A stretch of 64,000 nucleotides of DNA from Castellaniella sp. (GTDB lineage: Bacteria > Pseudomonadota > Gammaproteobacteria > Burkholderiales > Burkholderiaceae_B), in NCBI GenBank assembly GCA_035707805.1, contig DASSTS010000050.1, forward strand, positions 15,492-79,491. Direction: 5' to 3'. This document shows positions 19,882 through 29,522 of this stretch, piece after piece. The position numbers and the translations under genes are program-made. The notes under the pieces are model-generated. The model did no database searches. It saw only the letters and a list, made by a program, of their open reading frames with translations, and had not been told where the DNA came from. Every line of letters starts with the position of its first letter. The stretch's first letter is position 1.

Positions 19882-20663
19882 CACAGAACACCCCGGACAC
19901 GACGGCGCAGAACACCTTCCACGGCACCCTGCACGAGCAGATCGAGACTTTGCCGCCCGCATGGCGGTCCACCCTGCAGGCGCCGCACCTGCGGGACATC
20001 CTCGCCCGGCTGGACGGCATGCTGGCCGAGCGGCTGGCGGCCGGCGCGCAGATCTTTCCGCTGCGCCCCTTCCGCGCCCTGATCGAGACGCCCCCCGACG
20101 CCGTGCAGGTCGTCATCGTGGGCCAGGACCCCTACCACGGCCCGAACCAGGCCCAGGGCCTGGCCTTCTCGGTGCCGGACTTCTGCCCGACGCCCCCCAG
20201 CCTGCGCAATATGTTCAAGGAACTGGCGCTGGAATACGGCGCCCCCGAACAGGCGCCGCGCAACAGCCTAGTGCGCTGGGCGCGCCAGGGGGTGCTGCTG
20301 CTGAACACGTCCCTGACCGTGGAGGCCCATCAACCGGCATCCCATGCCCGCAAAGGCTGGGAACACATCACCGACGCGCTGATCATGCGGGTGCTGCGCG
20401 AGCCGCGGCCCAAGGTCCTGCTGCTGTGGGGATCCCATGCCCAGGCGCGCCGCCACCTGCTGGAACTGCAGACGCCGGCGGGGCCGGTGCAGGTGCTGAT
20501 GGCCAACCATCCCTCGCCGCTGTCGGCCCAGCGCCCGCCGCGCCCCTTCATCGGCTGCGGCCATTTCCGCCAGGCGAACGAGTGGCTGCAGGACCAGGGA
20601 GAATCAGGGGTCGACTGGATGCTCGCCCGCACGCCGGCTGCCGCTGCGGGATATGGCGACTGA
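19878..20663 (+). CDS. ung: Uracil-DNA glycosylase, family 1
   Basis: GQDPYH, GLAFS, PPSLRN, GVLLLN and HPSPLS motifs. ATGA overlap with the MocR stop. Confidence 0.95.
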   Translation: MTQNTPDTTAQNTFHGTLHEQIETLPPAWRSTLQAPHLRDILARLDGMLAERLAAGAQIFPLRPFRALIETPPDAVQVVIVGQDPYHGPNQAQGLAFSVPDFCPTPPSLRNMFKELALEYGAPEQAPRNSLVRWARQGVLLLNTSLTVEAHQPASHARKGWEHITDALIMRVLREPRPKVLLLWGSHAQARRHLLELQTPAGPVQVLMANHPSPLSAQRPPRPFIGCGHFRQANEWLQDQGESGVDWMLARTPAAAAGYGD

Positions 20664-21827
20664 ATCCGCGGCCTCGGCCGCGGGCACGGCCACCGGCCAC
20701 ACCCGGATGCAGTCGCGGCCGGCGGTCTTGGCCGCATACAGCGCCTGGTCGGCCCGGGCCAGCAGCCGGTCGAGGTCGTAGCCGGCCTGGCGCGAACAGG
20801 CGATCCCGACGCTGGCCGTCAGGCGATCGGGCACCACGTGGGTTTGCGAGGACAGCCCGCCACGGATGCGGCCGGCCAGGTTCTCGGCCCCCAGCGGCCC
20901 CAGGCCGACGGCGATCACGACGAATTCCTCGCCGCCCAGCCGGGCGCACAGCCTGCCCTCGCCCGAGGCGCGGCGCAGCGCCCCGGCAAAATGCACCAGG
21001 ACCCGGTCGCCGGCTTCGTGGCCGAAACGGTCGTTGACCTGCTTGAACCAGTCCAGGTCGCACATCAGCACGGCCACGTCCATCCCGGTCAAGCGTGCCT
21101 GGGCCAGCATGCCCGCGCTGCGCTCGAACAAGGCGCGGCGATTGGGCAGGCCCGTCAAGGCGTCGTGCAAGGCCGCGTGCCGGTAATTCTGTTCGGCGCG
21201 CGCACGCACCATCATCAGGATGCCAAAGGACAGGCAGATGGCGAAGAACAGGCCTTCGAACATGACGACGCCGAAATCGGGCCGGTTCGGCCAGACCGCA
21301 CCGGGCAGGGAGCCGCCGGGAACCCGGTACGCGTAGAACAGGGCGTGGATCGCGAGGAATACGAGCAGCGGCGAGGCCGCGGCCGGATTGCGCCGGCATT
21401 CGGGCCACACGGAGGCCAGACCCGCGACGATATAGAACAGCGTCAGGACCGAGTAGATGCCGACCCGCAGGTCGACGTCCGCGCGAAACGCCGGCCACTG
21501 ATACAGCAGCAGCCACGCCGCCGCCCCGGCCAGCAGCCAGTGCCAGGCGACGGGCCTGCCGCGAAAGACGTTCAGGCTGGTCCACAGGCAGGCGTGCGCC
21601 GTGATCAGGAACATGTTGGCCAAGCCGACGGCGACGAACTGCAACTGCGGCTGCCCGCGAACGACGCCCAGCAGGAAACCCGCACAGGCCAGCCACATCC
21701 CGCAGCCCGCCCAGAGCAAGGTGCGGTCGCGCCGCCCCTGGAACGAAGCCAGGAACGTCAGGCCGCCGACCAGGAACAGGACGAAGGCTTCGACGACGAG
21801 CATGGTGCCTGGATCGAGTTTCATCAT
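20604..21827 (-). CDS. Membrane-bound diguanylate cyclase
   Basis: About 7 N-terminal TM segments, DALTGLPNRR, DLDWFKQVND, GGEEF. No RxxD I-site. Confidence 0.9.
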   Translation of the reverse strand: MMKLDPGTMLVVEAFVLFLVGGLTFLASFQGRRDRTLLWAGCGMWLACAGFLLGVVRGQPQLQFVAVGLANMFLITAHACLWTSLNVFRGRPVAWHWLLAGAAAWLLLYQWPAFRADVDLRVGIYSVLTLFYIVAGLASVWPECRRNPAAASPLLVFLAIHALFYAYRVPGGSLPGAVWPNRPDFGVVMFEGLFFAICLSFGILMMVRARAEQNYRHAALHDALTGLPNRRALFERSAGMLAQARLTGMDVAVLMCDLDWFKQVNDRFGHEAGDRVLVHFAGALRRASGEGRLCARLGGEEFVVIAVGLGPLGAENLAGRIRGGLSSQTHVVPDRLTASVGIACSRQAGYDLDRLLARADQALYAAKTAGRDCIRVWPVAVPAAEAADSVAISRSGSRRAGEHPVDP

Positions 21828-21950
21828 CGGATAAAGTGTTTGACGTGTGCGGTACCGCACCTTACCGCATCAGGGCGCGCAAGTGCGCGAAAGGACCTCG
21901 AGCCCTGCGGCTATGATAGAGGGTCCAAGCAGCCTCCTGTCGCCTCTCCC

Positions 21951-22802
21951 ATGGGCATTTCCTACGATCTGGTCTATGCCGTCGTCCTCGCCGGCGCGCT
22001 GATGCACGCCATCTGGAACGCCCTGGTCAAGAGCAGTTCCGATACCTGGCTGAGCGCCATCGGCATCGCGGTGTGGTCCGGCCTGCTGGCGGCGTGCGCG
22101 CTGCCCTGGCTGCCGGCGCCGGCCGCGGCCAGCGTGCCGTTCATCCTGCTGTCGCTGGTGCTGCAGGTCAGCTACATGCGCCTGCTCGCCCGGATCTACC
22201 AGATCATGGACATGAGCGTGGGCTATCCCGTCATGCGCGGCACGGCTCCCTTGCTGGTCACCGTGGTGGCGGTCGTCTTCCTGGGCGACTCGCCCGGCCT
22301 GCCCGCCGTGGCCGGCATCCTGGCGATCTGCGCGGGCATCCTCTGCATCGGCCTGCCGTCGCGCCGGGGCGCCAAGACATCGCCCGCCGGCCTGCGGCTG
22401 GCGGTCCTGAACGCCGCCGTGATCGCCGGATACACCCTGGTGGACGGCACCGGCGTCCGCCTGTCGGGGGCGCCGGTCTCCTATACGCTCTGGATCTTCG
22501 TGGCCCAGGCACTGGCGATGGCGGCCCTGGGATTTTCCGCCCGGGGGCCCCTGCTGCTGCGCCAGCTGCGGGCGGGATGGGGACGCGGCCTGGTGGGCGG
22601 CGTCGGCTCCCTGGCCTCCTACGGCACGGCGCTGTGGGCGATGACGCTGGCGCCCATCCCCACCGTTGCGGCGCTGCGCGAAACCTCGATCCTGTTCGGC
22701 ATGCTGATCTCGGGCCTGGTGCTGCGCGAGGCCCTGACGCGGCGGCGCCTGCTGGGCGCCGGCATCCTGGTGCTGGGCGCCGCGGCGCTGCGGCTGCACT
22801 GA
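21951..22802 (+). CDS. EamA/DMT family transporter
   Basis: HAIWNALVK, YPVMRG, YTLVDG and AALRETSI motifs of EamA transporters. Confidence 0.88.
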   Translation: MGISYDLVYAVVLAGALMHAIWNALVKSSSDTWLSAIGIAVWSGLLAACALPWLPAPAAASVPFILLSLVLQVSYMRLLARIYQIMDMSVGYPVMRGTAPLLVTVVAVVFLGDSPGLPAVAGILAICAGILCIGLPSRRGAKTSPAGLRLAVLNAAVIAGYTLVDGTGVRLSGAPVSYTLWIFVAQALAMAALGFSARGPLLLRQLRAGWGRGLVGGVGSLASYGTALWAMTLAPIPTVAALRETSILFGMLISGLVLREALTRRRLLGAGILVLGAAALRLH

Positions 22803-22924
22803 GCCGCCGTCCGGGCGGCCCGGCACGCGGCCCCGGCGGCGGGCGGCCCCTATAATGCCGCATGGCGCCGCCCCGGCCTCGTCGGGGCCGCCGCCCGCCC
22901 ATACCGCCGCACCGTCCCAGGAAC

Positions 22925-23629
22925 ATGCCACCCGCCGCCTCTCCGCCGCTTTCCATCGCCAGCCTGACCACCCCGGTGGCCATGGGCTACATCCCGCTGG
23001 GCGCCGTCTTCGGCTTCCTTTTCGTCCAGGCCGGCGGCGCGGCCTGGCTGGCCGTGGCGTCCAGCCTGCTGGTCTATGCGGGAGCGGCGCAGTTCATGAT
23101 GGTCCCGATGCTGGCCGCGGGCCTGCCGGTCGGCACGATCGCCCTGGCGACCCTGGTGCTGAACCTGCGCCATGTGTTCTACGGCCTGTCGCTGCTGAAC
23201 GACATGCCCGCCGGCCGCTGGCAGCGCTGGTACAGCATCTTCGCGCTGACGGACGAATCCTATTCCGTCCTCACCGCCCTGCCGGGGCCGGTGCGCCCCC
23301 GCCGCATGGCGCTGGTGTGCGCGCTGAACCAGGGCTGGTGGGTGCTCGGCACCGTGCTGGGCGTCATCCTCGGCGCCCGGGTCCGGCTGGGGCTGACGGG
23401 CCTGGACTTCGCCCTGGCCGCGCTCTTTGCCGTGCTGGCCGTGGAGCAGTGGCGGGCGCGGCGCGACCTGGTGCCGGTCTGGACGGCGCTGGCGTCCTAC
23501 GCCCTGGCGCTGGCCATCCTGCCCGGCCAGGCCCTGGCGGTGGCCATCGCCGCCTGCCTCGCCGCGGCCGCGTGGCGGCCGGTCCAGACGGCCGCCGCCG
23601 CGGCACACCCGGAGACCCGCCATGACTGA
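22925..23629 (+). CDS. azlC: AzlC family branched-chain amino acid exporter, large subunit
   Basis: GYIPLG, YAGAAQF, NLRHVFYG and LTDESY motifs. TATAAT at 22851; alternative start at 22862. Confidence 0.88.
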   Translation: MPPAASPPLSIASLTTPVAMGYIPLGAVFGFLFVQAGGAAWLAVASSLLVYAGAAQFMMVPMLAAGLPVGTIALATLVLNLRHVFYGLSLLNDMPAGRWQRWYSIFALTDESYSVLTALPGPVRPRRMALVCALNQGWWVLGTVLGVILGARVRLGLTGLDFALAALFAVLAVEQWRARRDLVPVWTALASYALALAILPGQALAVAIAACLAAAAWRPVQTAAAAAHPETRHD

Positions 23630-23948
23630 GACCGGCTATGTCCTGACGGTCATCGTGGCCATGGCCGCCATCACCCTGGGGTTGCGCGCCCTGCCCTTCA
23701 TCGGCGGCCACTGGCTGCGCCGCCATCCGGTCGTTCACAAGCTGGGCGCCACGCTGCCTTTGTCCATCATGGTCCTGCTGCTGGCGGACACGGTTGCCGG
23801 CCAGACCCGCGGCAACCCCGCGGGACCCTGGCCCTGGCAGGAGCTGGCCGCCGTCCTGCTGACCGTGCTGCTGCAATGGCGCGGCCGCCAGGCCTTGCTG
23901 AGCATCGCGGCCGGCACGGCGGCCTACATGGTGCTGCGGGCGCTGTAG
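23622..23948 (+). CDS. azlD: AzlD family small subunit
   Basis: Short hydrophobic protein (LRALPF, LLSIAAGT) overlapping the azlC stop. Confidence 0.85.
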   Translation: MTETGYVLTVIVAMAAITLGLRALPFIGGHWLRRHPVVHKLGATLPLSIMVLLLADTVAGQTRGNPAGPWPWQELAAVLLTVLLQWRGRQALLSIAAGTAAYMVLRAL

Positions 23949-24002
23949 GCGCCGCGCGACCTCTTACAATCGAGGGATCGTTTTTTTCCCCAGGATGCCA
24001 CC

Positions 24003-24485
24003 ATGCCCAGCTTTGACGTCGTCTCGGAAGTCGACAAGCACGAACTCACCAATGCCGTCGACCAGGCCAACCGCGAACTGGCGACCCGCTTCGATTTCAA
24101 GGGCACCGACGCCCGCTTCGAACTGGAAGGCTACGTCGTGACCCAGTCCGCCCCCAGTGCGTTCCAGCTCAAGCAGATGCTGGACATCCTGCGCGCACGC
24201 CTGTCGGCGCGCGGCATCGACGTGCGCTGCCTGGAGGCGGACGATCCCCTGGAAAACCTCGGCGGCGCCCGACAGAAGATCACGGTCCGCCAGGGCATCG
24301 AGCAGGCCACCGCCAAAAAACTGATCGCCGCCATCAAGCAGGCCAAGCTGAAGGTCGAATCCCAGATCAACGGCGACAAGCTGCGCGTCTCGGGCAAGAA
24401 GCGCGACGACCTGCAGCAAGCCATCGCGCTGCTGCGCAAGGCCGAGGTCGACCTGCCGCTGCAGTATCAGAATTTCCGGGACTGA
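24003..24485 (+). CDS. yajQ: YajQ family nucleotide/c-di-GMP-binding protein
   Basis: MPSFDVVSE, RFDFKG, RVSGKKRDDLQ and NFRD C-terminus. Confidence 0.96.
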   Translation: MPSFDVVSEVDKHELTNAVDQANRELATRFDFKGTDARFELEGYVVTQSAPSAFQLKQMLDILRARLSARGIDVRCLEADDPLENLGGARQKITVRQGIEQATAKKLIAAIKQAKLKVESQINGDKLRVSGKKRDDLQQAIALLRKAEVDLPLQYQNFRD

Positions 24486-24497
24486 GGACGCGGCGCC

Positions 24498-25232
24498 CTA
24501 GGGGCGCGCCGCCATCGCCGCCAGGCGGGACGCCAGAGCGTCCGAGCCCAGCGACGCCTCGTAATGCGCCCGCAGCGCCGCGGCGTCGTATTGCCCCGCC
24601 GCGACGCGCGCCAGATCGGCCTTCATGGTCCTCAGCACGGCGGGCTCGCAGCCGCGGATGCTGTCCAGGTAACGGTCCACGGCCCCCGGCAGCTCCGCCC
24701 GTTCCACGAGCTCCTGCAGAAAGCCGATACGCAGCATTTCCTGGTCATGGACCGCCTGGGCGGTCAGGAACAGTTTCTTGGACGCGGCCAGGCCCAGCAC
24801 CGTCACGTAGCGGCGGATTCCGGCGGGATAGTAATGCAGGCCGATGCGCGAGGCGGGCATGAGAAAGCGGCTGCCGGCCACGCCGATGCGGAAATCGCAG
24901 CACAGGGCCAGATCGGTCGCGCCGCCATAGACGCTGCCGTTCAGGGCGCAGATCGTCGGCAGCGGAAACTGTTCGAGTTCGTCCAGCATGTCCTCGAAGC
25001 GGTGGTCCAGCTGGCCCCGGATCGCGCCCAGGGTATAGCCGGAACTGAAGGTCTTATCGCCCGAGCCCGTCACGACCAGCGCGCGCAGGCCGTCCCGGGA
25101 CGCCGCGCGGCGCAGGTGCCCGCTGATCACCTCGCAGTCCTCGGGGGCGATGCGGTTGTGCTGCGACGTCCTGCGCAGCGTCAGGGTGGCGACGTCATCT
25201 TCGAATTCCAGTCCGGGCGCTTGGTCCTGCAT
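24498..25232 (-). CDS. Crotonase (enoyl-CoA hydratase/isomerase) superfamily protein
   Basis: PTICALNGSVYGGATDLALCCDFRI crotonase signature. The catalytic Glu positions are substituted. Confidence 0.85.
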   Translation of the reverse strand: MQDQAPGLEFEDDVATLTLRRTSQHNRIAPEDCEVISGHLRRAASRDGLRALVVTGSGDKTFSSGYTLGAIRGQLDHRFEDMLDELEQFPLPTICALNGSVYGGATDLALCCDFRIGVAGSRFLMPASRIGLHYYPAGIRRYVTVLGLAASKKLFLTAQAVHDQEMLRIGFLQELVERAELPGAVDRYLDSIRGCEPAVLRTMKADLARVAAGQYDAAALRAHYEASLGSDALASRLAAMAARP

Positions 25233-25267
25233 GTCATGGCTCCTCGATCATTGTTCCGGCTTCCCGT

Positions 25268-26593
25268 TCAGGTTCCCGCGCCCATCAGGTAATCGGGCAG
25301 CCAGGTCGCCAGGCCGGGGAAGACGGCCAGCACCACGATGAACGCCAGCATGATGGCGACAAAGGGCAGTACGCCCAGCATGATGTCGCGCAAGGCCACC
25401 TGCGGGGCAACCCCCTGGATGACGAACAGGTTCAGTCCCAAGGGGGGATGGATCAGGCCGATCTCCAGGTTGATGGTCATGACGATGGAGAACCAGACCA
25501 GATCGATGTGGCTTTGCGTCAGCACCGGCAGGATGACGGGCATGCTCATCAGGATGACCGACACCGGCGGCAGGAAGAATCCCGCCACCAGCAGGAAGAC
25601 ATTCAGCAGCAGGATCAGCTGCCAGTCGCTCAGCCCCCAGCCGAAGACCCATTCGGCCAGGCTCTGCGTGATGTACAGGTAGGACATCATGTAGGCGTAC
25701 ACCGCGGCGCCCGCCACGATCATGAGGATCATGCACGACTCGCGCACGGTATCGCGCATCATGGGCCAGACATCGCGCATGCGGTAGGTGCGGTACAGGA
25801 AGACCACCAGCGCCATCGCCAGGAAGGCGGCCACCGCCGCGACTTCCGAGGGCGTGGCGAAGCCGGTGTACATGAACACGGTGACGGCGACGATGATGGC
25901 CAGGAACGGCAGGGACCGGACCGAGCCGCGCAGCTTCTGTCCCCAGGTATAGGACTCCGCGGCGGCCCTGTCCGCGCCGCGGATCCGGTCGAAGCGCACG
26001 CTCGACAGCCAGGCGTACAGCGCGAACAGGACGACCAGCAGGATGCCGGGCACCACGCCCGCCAGGAACAGGCGCGCGATCGAGGTGTGGGTCACGATGC
26101 CGTACACGATCAGGGTCAGCGAGGGCGGAATCAGGATGCCCAGGGTGCCGCCCGCCGCGATGGAGCCTGTCGCCAGGCGCGGCGGCACCTGGCGGTCGAT
26201 CATCTCCGGGATCCCGATCTTGCCGATCGCCGCGGCCGTCGCGGGGCTGGACCCGCACATGGCGGCGAACAGCCCGCACCCCAGGATGTTGGCGATCACG
26301 AGGCCGCCGGGCACGCGCACCAGCCAGCGGTGCAGGGCCTCGTACAGGTCCTTGCCGGCCCGGGACGCGCCGATCGTGCAGCCCAGCAGCACGAACAGCG
26401 GGATGGTCAGGAGGGCGAAGCTGGACAGCTCGCCGATGAAGATGCTCGACACCGAGGACAGCGCCCCCGCATCGCCGAAGATCAGCAGGAACGCGATCGA
26501 GATCAGGACCAGGCCGAACCCGATCGGGATGCCCGAGAACAGCACCAGGAAAGTGGCGATGAACAGCACGAAGCCGATCTGCAGTTCAGACAT
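25268..26593 (-). CDS. TRAP transporter large permease (DctM)
   Basis: LLTIPLF, GSSPAT, GGTLGILIPPS and HPPLGLNLF motifs. Confidence 0.93.
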   Translation of the reverse strand: MSELQIGFVLFIATFLVLFSGIPIGFGLVLISIAFLLIFGDAGALSSVSSIFIGELSSFALLTIPLFVLLGCTIGASRAGKDLYEALHRWLVRVPGGLVIANILGCGLFAAMCGSSPATAAAIGKIGIPEMIDRQVPPRLATGSIAAGGTLGILIPPSLTLIVYGIVTHTSIARLFLAGVVPGILLVVLFALYAWLSSVRFDRIRGADRAAAESYTWGQKLRGSVRSLPFLAIIVAVTVFMYTGFATPSEVAAVAAFLAMALVVFLYRTYRMRDVWPMMRDTVRESCMILMIVAGAAVYAYMMSYLYITQSLAEWVFGWGLSDWQLILLLNVFLLVAGFFLPPVSVILMSMPVILPVLTQSHIDLVWFSIVMTINLEIGLIHPPLGLNLFVIQGVAPQVALRDIMLGVLPFVAIMLAFIVVLAVFPGLATWLPDYLMGAGT

Positions 26594-27098
26594 GTTCCGC
26601 TCCCCGGCGTGCCTGGAAGGCCCGCGCGATGTCCAGGGCGTACTGGAATGCCGTCAGCAGCATGCCGACGGCCACCGTCGAGTACTTGGGCCACACGAGG
26701 GGCTGCCAGATCCCCAGCGCACGCTCCTGGGTCACGTAGGCGTGGACCGTCATCTCCACGCCCGCGCAGCCCAGGTACAGGCACACCGCACAGGCCAGCA
26801 CCTTGGGCACCACCGCCATCCAGCGGGACGTCGAGGCGGACAGGACGTTTTCCAGCAGGTCCATCTTGACGTGCCCGCCCGTCACCAGGGTGTAGGGCGA
26901 GGCCAGGAACGTCGCGCTGATCATCAGCTCGATCGCGGTCTCCAGTTCCCAGGAACTCTGCAGGCCGATCCCGCGCTTGAAGACCATCCACGTGATGATG
27001 AGGGTCGCGGCGACCAGCAGGACGGCGGCCACGACGGCCAGGGCGAGATTGACCCGGGCCATGCATTTTTCCAGGACGAGCACGAGATCCTCCGGCAT
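26586..27098 (-). CDS. TRAP transporter small permease (DctQ)
   Basis: Four TM segments, GGHVKMD motif, position between dctP and dctM. Confidence 0.88.
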   Translation of the reverse strand: MPEDLVLVLEKCMARVNLALAVVAAVLLVAATLIITWMVFKRGIGLQSSWELETAIELMISATFLASPYTLVTGGHVKMDLLENVLSASTSRWMAVVPKVLACAVCLYLGCAGVEMTVHAYVTQERALGIWQPLVWPKYSTVAVGMLLTAFQYALDIARAFQARRGAEHV

Positions 27099-27116
27099 CC
27101 GTCTACAGGGTTCCCG

Positions 27117-28103
27117 TCACTTGGACAGGGCTTGCACCGATTCCAGCAATCCCTTGGCGGCCGGGCTGATGGCGGCGTACTCCGGCCACGCCGTCTTGTG
27201 CGCGAGTTCCAGCCAGCTCTTGTAGTCTTCCTGGCTCATGGCATGGACCTGCACCCCGGAGGACTTGAACTTCTTGACGGTCTCGTACTTGATCCTGTCC
27301 TGTTCCTTGTTGAAGGACGGCAGGGTGGCGTCGGCCGCCTTTTCGAAGATGGTCTTCTGTTCGTCGCTGAGGCTGTCCCAGGCCTTGGTCGAGATCACCA
27401 GAGGCTGGAAGACGACGAAGATGGTGTAGTCGCCGCCCAGGGTGGCGTATTTGGTCTGCTCGTACAGGCGCATGCTCATGAAGGTCTCGTAGGACGTCAT
27501 GAGGCCGTCGAGCACGCCGGTCTGCATGGCGTTGTAGAGCTCGGTCGAGGGCATGGAGAACACGGACGCGCCCGCCGCCTTGAGCATGGTGTCGATCGTG
27601 CGGTCGGCGCCACGGAACTTCAGCCCCTTGACGCTGTCAGGCGTGGTGATGGGGCGCACCTTGTTGGCGATCCCGCCTTCGGTCCACCACCAGGTCAGGA
27701 TATGGAAGCCCTGCTGCCGCGCGACTTCCTGCAGGCGCTTTTCATAGTCGGTGCCCTTGAACCGCATGGCGTCCTGCACGCTGCTGATGGCGCCCGGCAG
27801 GATGGTGATGGAGAATTCCGGCGCCTTGCCCACCGCGTAGATCAGCGGAAAGATCGACAGGTCGATCGATCCGTCGGCCAGGGCGTCGATCTGCTTGAGC
27901 GGATTGCTGATCAGCGAGGCGCCCGGATAGATGCGGAATTTCAGGGACGGGTCGTGCTTCTGCACTTCCTGCACGAACTGGCGGGCGCCCGCATCCCGGC
28001 CGTCTCCCTGGGGCCACTGGTGGGACAGCTTGAATGTCTTGGCGTGAACGGCCGAGGCGGCCAGCACACATGCCGAAGCCAGCAATAGCGTTCTGAGTTT
28101 CAT
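27117..28103 (-). CDS. TRAP transporter substrate-binding protein (DctP)
   Basis: Signal peptide; KGLKFR (carboxylate-binding Arg) and ELYNAMQTGVLDG; GGAG RBS. Confidence 0.92.
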   Translation of the reverse strand: MKLRTLLLASACVLAASAVHAKTFKLSHQWPQGDGRDAGARQFVQEVQKHDPSLKFRIYPGASLISNPLKQIDALADGSIDLSIFPLIYAVGKAPEFSITILPGAISSVQDAMRFKGTDYEKRLQEVARQQGFHILTWWWTEGGIANKVRPITTPDSVKGLKFRGADRTIDTMLKAAGASVFSMPSTELYNAMQTGVLDGLMTSYETFMSMRLYEQTKYATLGGDYTIFVVFQPLVISTKAWDSLSDEQKTIFEKAADATLPSFNKEQDRIKYETVKKFKSSGVQVHAMSQEDYKSWLELAHKTAWPEYAAISPAAKGLLESVQALSK

Positions 28104-28181
28104 GGTTGTCTCCTGTGAAGAAGGGCACTGTCATCTGTGTGACTTCGCATGCCGGGTGCTGCGGTTGAAAACTGCTCGATC

Positions 28182-29426
28182 CTACGGTTGCGCTCCCTGG
28201 AAGACGGCCGCGTCCGCCAGCAGGCGGTCGATCTCGGCGCCGTCCACGCCATAGTCCCGCAACACCTGGACCGTATGCTCGCCCAGGCGCGGCGGCGCGG
28301 AATGGACGGTGGCGCCCGCGGAACTGCCCGTCCCGTCCCGCATGAGAAACGGCAGGCCCACCTGGCGGAGTTCCCCCAGGTCGGGATGCGCGACCGTTTC
28401 CACCAATTGCAGTGCGCGCACCTGTTCGTCGGCAAAGACGTCCGCCAGCGTGTTGATCGGGCCGGCGGGAATGCCCGCCTCGACGAACAGGGCGGTCCAT
28501 TCCATGCGGCCGCGCGCCTGCAGGCGCGCATCGATCAGTGTCTTGAGCTCCAGGCGGTGCTGCATGCGATCGGCATTGGCCCTGAAGCGGGGATCCTCCG
28601 TCAAGTCGGGGCAGCCCAGCAGTTCGCACAGGCGCACCCACATGTCCTGCGTAGCCGGCGCGAGGTTCAGCGGGCCATCGGCCGTCTGGAACGTGCCATA
28701 GGGCGCAATCACCGGATGGACGTTGCCGCAGGGCTGGGGCACCTCGCCCAGGCTCAGGTAGCGCTGCCCCTGCACGCTCAGCAGGCCCATCAGGCTGCTC
28801 AAGAGGGAGCCATGCACGTACCGTCCCCGCCCGGTCTGCTGGCGCGCCACGCAGGCCCCCAGCACGCCGATGGCCGCCCACATGCCCGCGCTCAGGTCTC
28901 CCACCGCGGTCCCTACCCGCATCGGGCCGCTTTCGGGGGTGCCCGACAGACTCATGAAACCCGAATAGCCCTGGGCGATCTGGTCGAACCCCGCCCAGTC
29001 CCGGGCCGGCCCCCGGTCCCCGAAGCCCGAGATGGACGCATAGACCAGGCCGGGGCGCTCGCGCGCCAGGTCCTCATAGCCCAGCCCCATCTTGGCGGCG
29101 GTGCCGACGCGGAAATTCTCGACCACGATGTCGGATTGCAGGGCCAGGCGCCGCAGCAGCGGCAGACCGTCCGGATGGCGGAAATCGACGCCGATGCCTT
29201 TCTTGTTGCGGTTGGCGCTCAAATAATAAACACTTATGCCATGATCGAAGGGACCCCATTGGCGGATCATGTCACCCCCAGGCGTCGGTTCGACCTTGAT
29301 CACCTCGGCGCCCATGTCGGCCAGGATCATGGTGCAGAACGGTCCCGACAGGGCGCGGGTCAAGTCCAGGACTTTCAAGCCCTTAAGCGGCAAATCCACC
29401 GTGTCGTCTCCTTGATTTGTTTTCAC
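28182..29426 (-). CDS. CaiB/BaiF family class III CoA-transferase
   Basis: PLKGLKVLDL, GAEVIKVE, NRNKK, ENFR and catalytic VGDLSAG motifs. Confidence 0.93.
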   Translation of the reverse strand: MKTNQGDDTVDLPLKGLKVLDLTRALSGPFCTMILADMGAEVIKVEPTPGGDMIRQWGPFDHGISVYYLSANRNKKGIGVDFRHPDGLPLLRRLALQSDIVVENFRVGTAAKMGLGYEDLARERPGLVYASISGFGDRGPARDWAGFDQIAQGYSGFMSLSGTPESGPMRVGTAVGDLSAGMWAAIGVLGACVARQQTGRGRYVHGSLLSSLMGLLSVQGQRYLSLGEVPQPCGNVHPVIAPYGTFQTADGPLNLAPATQDMWVRLCELLGCPDLTEDPRFRANADRMQHRLELKTLIDARLQARGRMEWTALFVEAGIPAGPINTLADVFADEQVRALQLVETVAHPDLGELRQVGLPFLMRDGTGSSAGATVHSAPPRLGEHTVQVLRDYGVDGAEIDRLLADAAVFQGAQP

Positions 29427-29522
29427 TGATTCTAGGAAAGTCGTCCGGCGATTTGAAATAGTATTTACTGAGCCAGCGATCGGATTTACTTATTCCTTGT
29501 CCGGGCAAGCAGGAGGCATACC

